Virus record (IMG/VR): IMGVR_UViG_3300032050_000002
Length of the DNA stretch: 64,000 nucleotides
DNA from: a virus
Taxonomy: Duplodnaviria; Caudoviricetes
Direction: 5' to 3' (one strand)
Made by a program: the position numbers and the translations under genes. Each line of letters opens with the position of its first letter. Within the stretch, counting starts at the first letter, position 1. The notes beneath the pieces were generated by a model. It ran no database searches. It was not told the origin of the DNA and saw only the letters and a program-made list of their open reading frames with translations. Below, in pieces: positions 47,392 to 58,230 of this stretch.

Positions 47392-48292
47392 ACAAAAAAT
47401 GTTAAAATTAATGGAGTATGGTTTAAAACCAAAAACTTTATCAGATTTGTCAGAGTCTCAAATTAATTCATTATATTTGCGATTAATGGAGACAAAGAAA
47501 GAAAATAAAGAAGAAACAAAAACTGAAGTTACTAATTTAACTTTTGACCCTGGAAACAATGGTGACCAACAAAAATTAGCTCAAAAAGGTATACACGTTG
47601 ACCCCACAACTAAAAAAATTACAATGACAACATCGTCAACAGGTGCAATTACTGAAAAGGAGTTGGATGAGTCCTTTGAATCCAAAAAAAAACAAAAACA
47701 TTTCTACTCAAAATGTGGAGATGGAAAAACAAAAGAACAAAAAAAATGGTGTAAAATGGCAAAAGAATTTTCAGACAAAACAAATTTTAAAAAGTTACCA
47801 GAAAAAAAGAAAGAAACTAAAGAAAGTAGTAACTATCAAAATATTGTAAAAAATACCGCGGCACAACTATATAAAAATAATCTTGGTAAAACACTTTCAC
47901 CTCAATTTGAGAGTAAATTAGAGAAGCAAATAACAAAATTATTGGAGGACAACATGAATCCAAAAATGTCTAAAAGAGATTTTATAAAATTGATTTTTGA
48001 AATGGATTACCCGGGAACTAAAGAAAAAGAACCGGACACAAAACCTGTTACAGAACCAACACCTGATATTGATTATGACCCATTTAATGACCCAGACCCG
48101 GATGCCCCTGAAGCAAGAAGTCCTTTAGAGGCTCCACCAAAACCTGATACAAAACCAAAACCTGTTACAGAACCAACACCTGATATTGATTATGACCCAT
48201 TTAATGACCCAGACCCGGATGCCCCTGAAGCAAGAGGAGGAGGATTTTCAATGTTTATGAAACAAGTAATGAATAAAGGAATGTTAAAATAA
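47381..48292 (+). CDS. Hypothetical protein with duplicated 26-aa Pro/Asp-rich segment
   Basis: KPVTEPTPDIDYDPFNDPDPDAPEAR twice; start reassigned to MKTKQK. Confidence 0.65.
   Translation: MKTKQKMLKLMEYGLKPKTLSDLSESQINSLYLRLMETKKENKEETKTEVTNLTFDPGNNGDQQKLAQKGIHVDPTTKKITMTTSSTGAITEKELDESFESKKKQKHFYSKCGDGKTKEQKKWCKMAKEFSDKTNFKKLPEKKKETKESSNYQNIVKNTAAQLYKNNLGKTLSPQFESKLEKQITKLLEDNMNPKMSKRDFIKLIFEMDYPGTKEKEPDTKPVTEPTPDIDYDPFNDPDPDAPEARSPLEAPPKPDTKPKPVTEPTPDIDYDPFNDPDPDAPEARGGGFSMFMKQVMNKGMLK
48039..48235 (+). repeat. 80-bp identical direct repeat (48039-48118 and 48156-48235)
   Basis: Direct comparison. Confidence 0.9.
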
Positions 48293-48299
48293 TATACAA

Positions 48300-49919
48300 A
48301 TGAGTTTAAATCACAGAATAGAAAAAATATTAAAAGTTAAAAACAATCTTGATAATAAATTAATCAATGAAGGTTTAACAAAAAAAGAAAAAAATCTTTT
48401 AGATAAAATTAATGTTCTTACGGAAGACGCGATGTCATTTGACCCTGAAAGTCTTGGCGGAGCAAGACCAAGTAGAACTTTACAATCAAAAATTGAAAGG
48501 GGTGAATTACCTCTTAGTAAATTTGGTTTAACTCAAGCTCAAGTAGATTTTTTTACTTCTGAAGCATTTAAAGATTCGGTTAATAGATTAGAAGAATTAT
48601 TAGGTAGAAGTTCAGGTGTTAGTCGTAGTTTAACAATCGCGAATAGAAATCTTAAAACTGATGCAAGAACCGCGTTTAGTACTTTTATGGGTGTTGTTGG
48701 TGAGTTAATGGGAGAACTGATGTCTTTACAAATGGCAAACAAAGAAGAACTTGAACAGATTGCAACGGAATCTGTTGAGAAAGCTATGGGTATTGATAGA
48801 GAATTTTTTGATAAAAAATTAAAATTAGACGGTAAATTTACTACAGGTTTTTTATCCAAACTAAAAGGGATGAAAAACAAAATTGAAAAAATATCAGATG
48901 AGGAAATTGCAAATAAATTTGCTGATATTGACGCTGAAAAACAACAAAAAATCGAAGACTTAAAAAGAGATATTGAATCCGCCGGAGTTGAGGTTGATGA
49001 AGAAAAAGTTAAGCAGGCAGTAGAGTCAACATTTCAAATATCACCACAAACATTAGAAAAAGCAAAAAATGAATTTTCTGATGAAGTGTCGAGAAGAATG
49101 ATTATCAATATGTTTAGAAGAGGTATGTCATTGTATTATGCAAACGCGTACGATATTTGTGAAGATAAGATAAGAGAATTACCTGATGGAGATAGAATTA
49201 TAGAACTATCAAATGTTATCCAACCTATAATGTTACATATGTATTGGTTATTTGATGATATTGGAGGTGTCGGAGCAGGTGGAGGTGGTCACATTGGTCA
49301 AATTCAAGTTAAGCCACCACAATCTCAAGGTTCAGAAGAAGGAGGGTCGGATGAGGAAGAAGAGGATGAAGAACCTGAAACCCCTAAAAGACCTGAACCA
49401 CCAAAACAACAATCTAAAAGTCAGTCAGGTCCTTTTATAATTCAAGCAAGAGCGGGAACATTACCTTTACTTGTTCATGAATTAGTTAAAGGTGTTATTA
49501 TGTTCTTTACATCTGCCGGAGGTAAAGGAAGTCCTGAACAAAGACAATTAGCGAAAAAGGCATCTACGTCATTGGAAACCGAGGCTTATGATTTGGTATA
49601 TAGTGAAAAATTTTATATTGAATTTTATAAAATTTACAATAAAGTTGTAACCGATGTTACAGAACAAAGAGAATTGACTCCGTTCTTATTAAAGTTCTTG
49701 TCTGAAGAAAATAAGGATGTTCTTTTTAGACTAACAAAATCATTATTTACTTTAGGGTTAGAAGAACCTGAATTTGCGGAAATGTATATTAAAGGTATTG
49801 TTGAGAAGTCAAGAAAACTTAGAAAGAAGATGGAACAAAATCCTTCTTATGTTAAGAAAAAACAATATGGGTCAAGTGAAGATTCTGATTCAGGTTGGGA
49901 TTTTGATTTAGATATTTAA
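48300..49919 (+). CDS. Hypothetical protein upstream of terminase
   Basis: ORF track. Confidence 0.7.
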   Translation: MSLNHRIEKILKVKNNLDNKLINEGLTKKEKNLLDKINVLTEDAMSFDPESLGGARPSRTLQSKIERGELPLSKFGLTQAQVDFFTSEAFKDSVNRLEELLGRSSGVSRSLTIANRNLKTDARTAFSTFMGVVGELMGELMSLQMANKEELEQIATESVEKAMGIDREFFDKKLKLDGKFTTGFLSKLKGMKNKIEKISDEEIANKFADIDAEKQQKIEDLKRDIESAGVEVDEEKVKQAVESTFQISPQTLEKAKNEFSDEVSRRMIINMFRRGMSLYYANAYDICEDKIRELPDGDRIIELSNVIQPIMLHMYWLFDDIGGVGAGGGGHIGQIQVKPPQSQGSEEGGSDEEEEDEEPETPKRPEPPKQQSKSQSGPFIIQARAGTLPLLVHELVKGVIMFFTSAGGKGSPEQRQLAKKASTSLETEAYDLVYSEKFYIEFYKIYNKVVTDVTEQRELTPFLLKFLSEENKDVLFRLTKSLFTLGLEEPEFAEMYIKGIVEKSRKLRKKMEQNPSYVKKKQYGSSEDSDSGWDFDLDI

Positions 49920-49995
49920 TTAACTATTAATAATTTTATTAACCCTCATTTAAGAAATTAAATGGGGGTTTTTAGTATTTATATAAAAATGATTT

Positions 49996-51759
49996 ATGAG
50001 TTTAAGTAAAGAACAGGTTCTAATGGAATATGTAAAGTGTCATAAGGATACTACATACGCATTAAGAACATATCTACAAACATACGATAATACGGTTTCA
50101 AAATACGTACCGTTAGAATTGTTTCCTGACCAAATTTCATTGTTAGAAGACTATGAGAATTACAATGAAAATATTGCATTGAAATATAGACAAGCTGGTG
50201 TAACAACAGTTACCGCGGCATGGGCGTCCAAAAAATTAGTATTGGCTCAAAAAACAAAACCTGAAAAAATTCTTATTATAGCAAACAAACTCGATACATC
50301 TCAAGAGATGGCTAATAAAATAAGGGCGTTTGTTGCTCAATGGCCTAAATGGACGGGTATTGATTTTGCCCCTGAAAAAAATTCACAAAAACATTATAAA
50401 TTAACAAATGGTTGTGAGGTAAAGGCGGTTGCGACATCAAAGGACGCTTTACGTGGTTTTACACCAACAATTCTTATATTTGATGAGGCGGCGTTTATTG
50501 ACGCGGATAGTGATTTTTGGGCGGCTTGTATGGCGTCACTATCAACAGGTGGTAAGGTTATTGTTATTTCAACTCCTAACGGATTTGACCCAATTTACTA
50601 TGAAATTTATGACCAAGCATTAAGAAATTTAAACGATTTTAAAGTATCTGAAATGTTTTGGTTTAGAGACCCAAGATATACAAAAGATTTATATTTTGTT
50701 AAAACTGACGATATTGTTCATTACCTTTTAAATAAAAACGACCATAAGAATGTGGAGATAATTGATTGGTCGGATAAGTCATTTAACAATAGAAATTTTG
50801 AGGAAGCCAAAAAGATAATGCAAGATGGATTCAAACCTTGTTCAGATTGGTTTGAAAAAATGGTTAAAAAATTAAAGTACGACAAACGAAAAGTATCACA
50901 AGAGTTGGAGTGTAATTTCTTAGGTTCTGGTGATAATGTATTTGATTCTAAACTTTTACAAAAAATACATGAAACTTATGTCAGAGAACCTGAAAATAAA
51001 ATGATGGGTAATTCTTTATGGATATGGAGAGAACCCGTTGTTGGTCACAAATATGTAATGGGGGTTGATGTTAGTAGAGGGGATAGCGAAGATTTTAGTT
51101 CATTTCAAATCATAGATTTTGATACAAGAGAACAAGTCGCAGAATACGTTGGTAAATTACCTCCCGACAATATGGCGGAGGTTTGTTATAAATGGGCAAA
51201 TATGTACAACTGTTTTATTGTTGTCGATATTACAGGAGGTATGGGAGTTTCAACATCAAGAAAACTTCAAGAGATGGGTTATAAAAACCTATATATTGAT
51301 GGTGTGGATATGATGAATAAATGGAAATATGTTGCAAATGCCGCAGATAAAATACCTGGAATAAACTTCAATAATAAAAGAGTTCAAATAATTGCTTCTT
51401 TTGAGGAGGCAATGAGACACGATTTTAAAATATATAGTAGTAGATTGTTTAACGAAATGAATACATTCATTTATGTTAACGGAAGACCAGACCATCAAAA
51501 AGGTCATCATGACGATTTAATTATGTCAATTGCTATGGCAACATATGTTGCGGAATCTTCTTTTAGTAGTTTAACAAAAGTAACAGAACAAACAAAGGCT
51601 ATGTTAAATTCTTGGTCGGTTAGTAATACTGAAAGTGTGTCAAATCAATTATCATTTAACCCTGTAATTCCGGTATATAATGAAAGACAGTCAACATCAA
51701 ATAACAGTTATACAAAAGAAGATTATATGAAATACGGTTGGCTATTTGGTCATCGTTAA
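49996..51759 (+). CDS. Terminase large subunit (T4 gp17-like)
   Basis: KYRQAGVTT Walker A region, LIFDEAAF Walker B, ISTPNG, VSQELECNF, GVDVSRG nuclease Asp, HDDLIMS. Confidence 0.92.
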   Translation: MSLSKEQVLMEYVKCHKDTTYALRTYLQTYDNTVSKYVPLELFPDQISLLEDYENYNENIALKYRQAGVTTVTAAWASKKLVLAQKTKPEKILIIANKLDTSQEMANKIRAFVAQWPKWTGIDFAPEKNSQKHYKLTNGCEVKAVATSKDALRGFTPTILIFDEAAFIDADSDFWAACMASLSTGGKVIVISTPNGFDPIYYEIYDQALRNLNDFKVSEMFWFRDPRYTKDLYFVKTDDIVHYLLNKNDHKNVEIIDWSDKSFNNRNFEEAKKIMQDGFKPCSDWFEKMVKKLKYDKRKVSQELECNFLGSGDNVFDSKLLQKIHETYVREPENKMMGNSLWIWREPVVGHKYVMGVDVSRGDSEDFSSFQIIDFDTREQVAEYVGKLPPDNMAEVCYKWANMYNCFIVVDITGGMGVSTSRKLQEMGYKNLYIDGVDMMNKWKYVANAADKIPGINFNNKRVQIIASFEEAMRHDFKIYSSRLFNEMNTFIYVNGRPDHQKGHHDDLIMSIAMATYVAESSFSSLTKVTEQTKAMLNSWSVSNTESVSNQLSFNPVIPVYNERQSTSNNSYTKEDYMKYGWLFGHR

Positions 51760-51773
51760 TATTTATACAAAAA

Positions 51774-52220
51774 ATGGGTTTAATCAGGAGAAATAAATCA
51801 GGTAGGTTTATTGGTGGAAGTAAATTAAACGTTCCGGGGCAAGGGATATATACTGTTGTTAGACAACCTAACGATAAAGAATCGATTAAGTCGCAGATAG
51901 AAAGAATCCCTAGACCAAGTCAAACTCCAACTCCAACAATAACACCAACAATACCTCCAACTCCAACAATAACACCAACAATACCTCCGACTCCAACACC
52001 AACACCAACTCCGAGTTTTACTCCGACACCAACACCAACACCAATAGAAATTTGTTATCTATCAACAGAATTTTTAGATTCAATAATAACTGAAAATGGT
52101 GATAATTTAATTGTAGATTGTCCCGAACCAACACCAGAAATTATTGACGCATTATTAATTGACGGTGAAACTTATTTATCACCAGGTGAAGACGAATATT
52201 TATTGTTTGTTGACCCATAA
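51774..52220 (+). CDS. Pro/Thr-repeat protein (probable virion appendage)
   Basis: (TPTITPTIPP)n / (PT)n; start reassigned to MGLIRR after TATTTATA. Confidence 0.6.
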   Translation: MGLIRRNKSGRFIGGSKLNVPGQGIYTVVRQPNDKESIKSQIERIPRPSQTPTPTITPTIPPTPTITPTIPPTPTPTPTPSFTPTPTPTPIEICYLSTEFLDSIITENGDNLIVDCPEPTPEIIDALLIDGETYLSPGEDEYLLFVDP

Positions 52221-52243
52221 TATAATATTTATAAAGTAAAAAA

Positions 52244-53596
52244 ATGCCAAATTTAACAGGTAAAACAATAGGACAATTAATAACACTAACGGGTATTACA
52301 ATAGATACACTATTTGCCGTAGAATATAGTGGTATAACATATAATATACCATTCTCAACCATAACTCAAACATTTGAGACTGGTTACCTTCCATTGAGTG
52401 GGGGTACTGTAACAGGGGTAACCGTATTTAATTCTGGGGTAACAATAAATCCAGATTTAGATGTTACAGGAAAAACAAAAACAAATACTTTGCAAGTGAT
52501 GTCTGGGGCCAGTCCAGGATATGTACTAACTTCAGATGGTAATGGAAACGCGACTTGGCAACCCACCGTAACAGGAGGAACCGTATATCAACCAGTGACA
52601 TTTAATAGTGGGGTAACATCAACAGAAGTTATAACACCACAAATTAAGACTGATAATGATATTAAATTTAGTTCCACAGTCCCAAATAAAAGGGCAAAAT
52701 TCTCATCAGACGAAAAAACATTTGTTGATTTAACAAGTGGTGAATGGTCAGTTGGTGTTACCACCCCAACTGCAAAAATGCACATTGCGGGAACAACTAA
52801 CGATTCTTCACAATACGCAGTAAAGGTTGAAGATAGTAGTGGAACGACTAATTTTTCCATTAGAAATGACGGATTAGTTACTATGGCGTTGGCTAAAACC
52901 AGTTTTATCGAATCTAATTCACCATTACTTATTAATAATGGTGACCAAGGTAATGTATATTTTGGTTCATTAAGCGCAATAACTGTGGATGTTGATAACA
53001 TTAGAATAGGTGTTGGAACTTTAACCCCAACTGAATCACTTGACGTTACAGGAAATACCAAAATAGGTGGAACACTTAATATTGGAACTATTGGCGGAGG
53101 AAGTCCAATCATTAATTTAGGTTTAGATAACAGTGGAAATGTCGTTACAGGAACAACAGGTTCAATTACTTATAGTGGTGTAGGATTTTCTTTTAGACAA
53201 CAATTAACAAGTGTAAATCCGTCTCAATTATCGACTTATTATACTACTGTCGTTAGTTCGAGTAGTCTTTTTTCAAGTCCAACATTAAACAAATATAATA
53301 TACCTTTTAACTGTACATTAATTGGTTGTACAATCACAACGTACGCTCTTGGTAGCGGAGGTTCGAATGAACTTTCCACCGTTTATTTTAGAATAAACAA
53401 TAACACAGATGTTTTATTATCAAATAATGTTTCATTTAGTGGAACTGCACCATTAATGCAATCGGTAATAAATTCAAGTCTTTCACAATCATTAAATGTG
53501 AATGACGAAGTTCAGATAAAATGGGAAACCCCTAATTGGATGTCAATACCAACATCTTGTGGAATTTTTGTTGACTTACATTTTATAAAAAATTAA
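52244..53596 (+). CDS. Fibre-like structural protein
   Basis: YLPLSGGTVTG, GYVLTSDGNGNATW, VGVGT.TPT..LDV.G repeats typical of fibre proteins. Confidence 0.7.
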   Translation: MPNLTGKTIGQLITLTGITIDTLFAVEYSGITYNIPFSTITQTFETGYLPLSGGTVTGVTVFNSGVTINPDLDVTGKTKTNTLQVMSGASPGYVLTSDGNGNATWQPTVTGGTVYQPVTFNSGVTSTEVITPQIKTDNDIKFSSTVPNKRAKFSSDEKTFVDLTSGEWSVGVTTPTAKMHIAGTTNDSSQYAVKVEDSSGTTNFSIRNDGLVTMALAKTSFIESNSPLLINNGDQGNVYFGSLSAITVDVDNIRIGVGTLTPTESLDVTGNTKIGGTLNIGTIGGGSPIINLGLDNSGNVVTGTTGSITYSGVGFSFRQQLTSVNPSQLSTYYTTVVSSSSLFSSPTLNKYNIPFNCTLIGCTITTYALGSGGSNELSTVYFRINNNTDVLLSNNVSFSGTAPLMQSVINSSLSQSLNVNDEVQIKWETPNWMSIPTSCGIFVDLHFIKN

Positions 53597-53600
53597 AAAT

Positions 53601-53807
53601 ATGAGAATAGAATACGAATACGGTTTATTAAAACCAGACGGAACACCAAGAGAAGGTTGTAATAAAATTACATACAACGATGAGGGTGAAATGATTATGA
53701 AAGAATATTTACCAGATGGTCCACCAAAAGGATTAGCATTAGACGCAATTTTAAAAGCAACTCCGGAAGAATTAGAAGAGATAAAACGAATTCTTGGTAT
53801 TATATAA
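53601..53807 (+). CDS. Small protein following the fibre gene (possible chaperone)
   Basis: ORF track; position only. Confidence 0.5.
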   Translation: MRIEYEYGLLKPDGTPREGCNKITYNDEGEMIMKEYLPDGPPKGLALDAILKATPEELEEIKRILGII

Positions 53808-53874
53808 TTAAATCAATAATTACTTCAGTTTTTAAACTATTTAATTATAAAGATTTAAAGTTAAAATTATTACT

Positions 53875-55701
53875 ATGGAAAATAATAAGAACGAAAAGAA
53901 TTTAACGGTTTGGCAAAGACTACAAAGGGCTATGGGTCCTAACGCTTTGTTAAATCAGGATTATCCCACATATAAGTTTGATAAGGAACAATTACTTAAA
54001 ACAAACTCCAAACAAGAATACGAGAAAGAAAAATTACAAGCTCAACAAACATTTTACTTAGCAAATCAATGGGCGAAAATTGAAAGTAATCTTTATACTC
54101 AAGCAGTTTATTACGAACCAACAAGATTGGCGTCATTTTACGATTACGAAAGTATGGAGTATACTCCTGAGATTTCAACTGCTTTAGACATATACGCTGA
54201 AGAATCCACAACTGTTAATCAAAATGGTTATATGTTACAAATTTATTCAGAATCAAAACGTATTAAATCAATCTTGGCTGACCTATTCAACAATGTGTTA
54301 GATATCAATATTAATCTACCAATGTGGACAAGAAACGCTTGTAAGTATGGTGATAATTTTGTTTATCTTAAATTAGATTCTGAAAAAGGAATTGTTGGTT
54401 GTATGCAATTACCAAACATAGAAATTGAACGTTTGGAGAGAGGTATGCCAGCGAAAACATCCAGACTTGAAGAACCTGAAGAAAACAAAGGTTTAAGATT
54501 TAAATGGAAAACCAAGGATATGGAATTTAATTCTTGGGAAATTGCTCATTTTAGATTATTAGGTGATGATAGAAAATTACCATACGGAACCTCAATGTTA
54601 GAAAAGGCAAGACGTATTTGGAAACAATTATTATTATCTGAAGACGCGATGTTAATATACAGAACCGCAAGAGCCCCTGAAAGACGTGTATTTAAAGTAT
54701 TTGTAGGTAATATGGATGATAAAGATGTTGAGGCGTATGTACAACGTGTTGCTAACAAATTTAAAAGAGACCAAGTTGTGGATTCAAAGACAGGAAATGT
54801 TGATATGAGATTTAATCAAATGGCGGTTGACCAAGATTATTTTATCCCTGTTAGAGACCCGGCACAAGCATCACCAATTGAAACTTTACCAGGTGGTCAG
54901 AACATGGGAGAAATTGCGGATATTGAATACATCCAAAAGAAATTATTAACGGCTCTCCGAGTTCCAAAAGCTTTCTTAGGTTTTGAAGAACCAGTTGGTG
55001 GCGGAAAAGATTTATCATTATTAGATATTCGTTTTGCAAGAACAATTAATAAGATTCAAAAATCAATGATTGGAGAATTAAATAAGATTGCAATTATTCA
55101 TTTATTTTTATTAGGTTTTGAAGATGAGTTAAATAATTTTACACTAACATTAACAAATCCTTCTTCTCAAGCCGATTTATTAAAAATTGATGTTTGGAAA
55201 GAAAAATTATTAGCTTATAAAGACTCCGTAACCGCAATTGAAGGTATTGCTCCGACATCTGTATCTTGGGCTAAAAAACATATACTTGGATTCTCTGATG
55301 ATGAAATTAAACTTGACTTACAACAACAAAGAATTGAGAAGGCCGTTGGTGCTGAATTAACAGGAACTGCGACAATCATTACTCATACAGGTATATTTGA
55401 TAATGTAGATAAATTATATAAAGTTGTTACAGGTTCAACAGCATCTGCAGCAACTCCACCACCACCTCCTGGCGGAGGAGAACCTGGTGGAATGGGAGGT
55501 GAAGAAATGGGTGGAGGAGCTCCACCACCTCCACCGGCACCTGAAGCGGCGGTAACACCTGAGTCATTTAAAAAAGATAATTTAAATATTCTATTAGAAT
55601 CTGAAGGTCTAATTAATGAAGATTCTTACATAGATTTATCAAAGGCGAGAAATTCATTAGGAGAAATAGAAAAACAATTAAGAAATATTCTAAAAGATTA
55701 A
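53875..55701 (+). CDS. Portal protein (T4 gp20-like)
   Basis: PEISTALDIYAEE, HFRLL, EDAMLIYRTARAPERRVF, DYFIPVR, IETLPGG, IEYIQKKL..ALRVPK. Confidence 0.95.
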   Translation: MENNKNEKNLTVWQRLQRAMGPNALLNQDYPTYKFDKEQLLKTNSKQEYEKEKLQAQQTFYLANQWAKIESNLYTQAVYYEPTRLASFYDYESMEYTPEISTALDIYAEESTTVNQNGYMLQIYSESKRIKSILADLFNNVLDININLPMWTRNACKYGDNFVYLKLDSEKGIVGCMQLPNIEIERLERGMPAKTSRLEEPEENKGLRFKWKTKDMEFNSWEIAHFRLLGDDRKLPYGTSMLEKARRIWKQLLLSEDAMLIYRTARAPERRVFKVFVGNMDDKDVEAYVQRVANKFKRDQVVDSKTGNVDMRFNQMAVDQDYFIPVRDPAQASPIETLPGGQNMGEIADIEYIQKKLLTALRVPKAFLGFEEPVGGGKDLSLLDIRFARTINKIQKSMIGELNKIAIIHLFLLGFEDELNNFTLTLTNPSSQADLLKIDVWKEKLLAYKDSVTAIEGIAPTSVSWAKKHILGFSDDEIKLDLQQQRIEKAVGAELTGTATIITHTGIFDNVDKLYKVVTGSTASAATPPPPPGGGEPGGMGGEEMGGGAPPPPPAPEAAVTPESFKKDNLNILLESEGLINEDSYIDLSKARNSLGEIEKQLRNILKD

Positions 55702-55723
55702 TATTTATATAAAAAATATAAAA

Positions 55724-56440
55724 ATGAAATTTGGTATTATAAAATCAAAAATAGAAAAAGTATTATTAGAATCTTACTCTAATAACACATTTAAAGACGA
55801 AATTAAAAACTTTAATTATTTAGTTTTAGCAAATAAAAATTTAAGTAAACTATATTACTTGTATGATGAATTAAACTCCAACAAAGGATTAAATGAATCT
55901 GTTGCGAAAGACTATATTAACGAGTCAATTAAAATTTACGAAAATACCTTAAATAAAATAACTGAATCAGATTTAAAAAAATTAAATATTTGGTTATCTG
56001 ATGTTAAATGTAACAACATTTATGAACACGTTGATAACGTTTTTAATTTAGATGTGTTAAACATAGAATCAAATATCAAAGCAAAAAAAGTTGTTACTGA
56101 GTCATTAAAAAGAACTCCTATTAAAAAACAAGAACCTGTTAATATTCCTATTAGTGCAATGGTTAAGGTCGCAAACAAAACAATCTCAAACTACGTAGAG
56201 AATTTAAATGAGTCTGAAAAACAAGAATTAACAAGACTTCTTAAAGAAGACGACAAAGATTTAAAGTTAAAATTTCAATTAGTTAAAGAAAGTCTTTTGA
56301 CAAAATTAGAGAATATGAAATCATCTGAATCGGACGTAACAATTCATTCAAGAATAGATGAAACATTAACAAAAGTTTCTTCAGAAAAATACGACAAGTT
56401 AACTTACTTTAAGTTAAAGAATTTAAACGAAAATCTTTAA
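55724..56440 (+). CDS. Hypothetical head-module protein
   Basis: ORF track; follows portal. Confidence 0.65.
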   Translation: MKFGIIKSKIEKVLLESYSNNTFKDEIKNFNYLVLANKNLSKLYYLYDELNSNKGLNESVAKDYINESIKIYENTLNKITESDLKKLNIWLSDVKCNNIYEHVDNVFNLDVLNIESNIKAKKVVTESLKRTPIKKQEPVNIPISAMVKVANKTISNYVENLNESEKQELTRLLKEDDKDLKLKFQLVKESLLTKLENMKSSESDVTIHSRIDETLTKVSSEKYDKLTYFKLKNLNENL

Positions 56441-56625
56441 TTTGATTTAAACTTTTTTTGAACGTAAATTGCCTTCTTTAGAGAGTCCCTGTCCTTTACG
56501 GATTTTTTGGTGTACTCTTTTCTCTCAATCAATTCAGATTGTTGTCTTGTCTTAATAATCTTACTTTTGTAAATCTTCAGAGCTTTTTCAAGCGACATAT
56601 TTTTATCTAATTTTACAATAATCAT
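56437..56625 (-). CDS. rpsU: Phage-encoded ribosomal protein bS21
   Basis: MIIVKLDKNMSLEKALKIYKSKIIKT...LIERKEYTKKSV..R..LKKAIYVQ aligns by eye with Bacteroidota bS21 (IDRALKRYK.K..KT...KPSV..R...KA.Y.Q); location in the head module matches described bS21 phages. Confidence 0.85.
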   Translation of the reverse strand: MIIVKLDKNMSLEKALKIYKSKIIKTRQQSELIERKEYTKKSVKDRDSLKKAIYVQKKFKSN

Positions 56626-56720
56626 ATTATACAAATATCGCCAATATAACAATTTTTTTGACAATGATATCATTTATACTTAATTTTTTTAAAAATAAAC
56701 TTTTAAACAAATGAAAATTA

Positions 56721-57182
56721 ATGAAAAAAGGAAAAACCTGTAAAATTCAGGGATTCAAAAAAATGAAATCGGTATATGGAACTGTAGATTCTGTCGATTT
56801 CAAATCTGTATATTTGAATATACAAACTTGGGTATTACCCATAAAACATTCTCTAAATTGGTCAAGGGTTGTTTTAAATATGAGTAGAGAAATAAAACAT
56901 TTAATATTTGAATTATTAGATAAGGATATGTTAAAAGATAATTTTATAGTTGATTTAGATTTAAGAGCAAGCGGAATTGTCGTATCAAAAAAATCATTTT
57001 TAAATCTTGAGATAAATTTTTACTTAAAAGAAGAAATGAATTTTAAATCTGAGAAATTAAAATCATATATGAAAAAGATTTCAAAAGAAATTTCAACCCA
57101 TATTTTTAACAAAAGTGAATATTTTACATTTAGTTTAAAGAAACAACCAAAAGAAAAAGTTGCACAAACTGATAATCTTTAA
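56721..57182 (+). CDS. Hypothetical protein adjacent to bS21
   Basis: ORF track; YGTVDS..KSVYLNIQTW...FIVDLDLRASG. Confidence 0.7.
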   Translation: MKKGKTCKIQGFKKMKSVYGTVDSVDFKSVYLNIQTWVLPIKHSLNWSRVVLNMSREIKHLIFELLDKDMLKDNFIVDLDLRASGIVVSKKSFLNLEINFYLKEEMNFKSEKLKSYMKKISKEISTHIFNKSEYFTFSLKKQPKEKVAQTDNL

Positions 57183-57203
57183 TATTTATATTAAAAAAAT
57201 ATT

Positions 57204-57926
57204 ATGGAATTAAAGATTTTAAAACCCGGACAATCAGGTAAGGGAATCCTTATCGAAGAAGATGCGGGCTATATTTCCCCAACGGATAGTAGAAATATGG
57301 ACATTATTAAAGAGTCCAAAAATATGTTAGACCACTCAAAACCATTTGAGTTTTATGCCGTATTACAGAAATACAATACACCAAATAGAAACGGTAGAGT
57401 TTACCCTGAAAATATCTTAAAAAGAGAGTCTCAGAATTATAAAAAAATGATTGAGAAGGGAACTTCTCTTTCTGAATTAAATCACCCTGAATCATCTTTA
57501 ATTGATTTGGATAGAGTATCTCACATTATTACAGATATTTGGTGGGACGGACCTATTCTAATGGGTAAACTTAAATTATTAACTTCACCAGGTTTTCATG
57601 AAAGAGGAATTGTATCAACAAAAGGAGATATGGCGGCAAACTATTTAAGACAGGGAGTGACTTTAGGTATATCATCAAGAGGAGTTGGCTCACTTAAAAA
57701 AGTTGGTGAACAAAATGAAGTTCAAGATGATTTTGAATTAATTTGTTTTGACTTAGTGTCTTCTCCATCTACACCTGGTGCGTATCTATTCTTAAATCCT
57801 GACGAAAGAACCAAATTTGAAGAGAACATTGAAGAAGAAAAAAAGATGAGAGATACAAATTCTTTGGGAGTTAACGATAAAAGTATTGACTTAATGAAAA
57901 AATTAAACGATTATTTGGGATATTAA
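57204..57926 (+). CDS. Prohead core protease (T4 gp21-like)
   Basis: NRNGRVYP, SELNHP, GISSRGVGS, FDLVSSPSTPGA. Confidence 0.95.
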   Translation: MELKILKPGQSGKGILIEEDAGYISPTDSRNMDIIKESKNMLDHSKPFEFYAVLQKYNTPNRNGRVYPENILKRESQNYKKMIEKGTSLSELNHPESSLIDLDRVSHIITDIWWDGPILMGKLKLLTSPGFHERGIVSTKGDMAANYLRQGVTLGISSRGVGSLKKVGEQNEVQDDFELICFDLVSSPSTPGAYLFLNPDERTKFEENIEEEKKMRDTNSLGVNDKSIDLMKKLNDYLGY

Positions 57927-57938
57927 TATCAAATAATT

Positions 57939-58157
57939 ATGAGTGAAATGGATGAAAAGTATTTTGTAGCGAAAATAACCATCGATATGGTTGACGCTGA
58001 ATCAGGAAAAGTTAAAAAACAAAAAGAAGAAAAATTGGTTAGAGGGTATTCTCCAACCGATGTTGAGGCGAAAGTAACAAAGATTTTTGAGGCTTATACG
58101 CAAGATTGGAGAATCACAGCAATTGTTGAAAGCAAAATTGATGAAGTGATAGAATAA
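57939..58157 (+). CDS. Hypothetical protein
   Basis: ORF track. Confidence 0.65.
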   Translation: MSEMDEKYFVAKITIDMVDAESGKVKKQKEEKLVRGYSPTDVEAKVTKIFEAYTQDWRITAIVESKIDEVIE

Positions 58158-58230
58158 ATCAAATTTCAATGATTTTAAAAGGAGGGAAATAAAATCCCTC
58201 CTTTTTTGTTTTCAGCATATTTATATTAAT

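Noticed and set aside
45731-52220. (PA)n and (PT)n DNA microrepeats as regulatory or contingency loci
   Set aside because: They are in-frame low-complexity protein linkers with codon variation, not homopolymeric phase-variation tracts.
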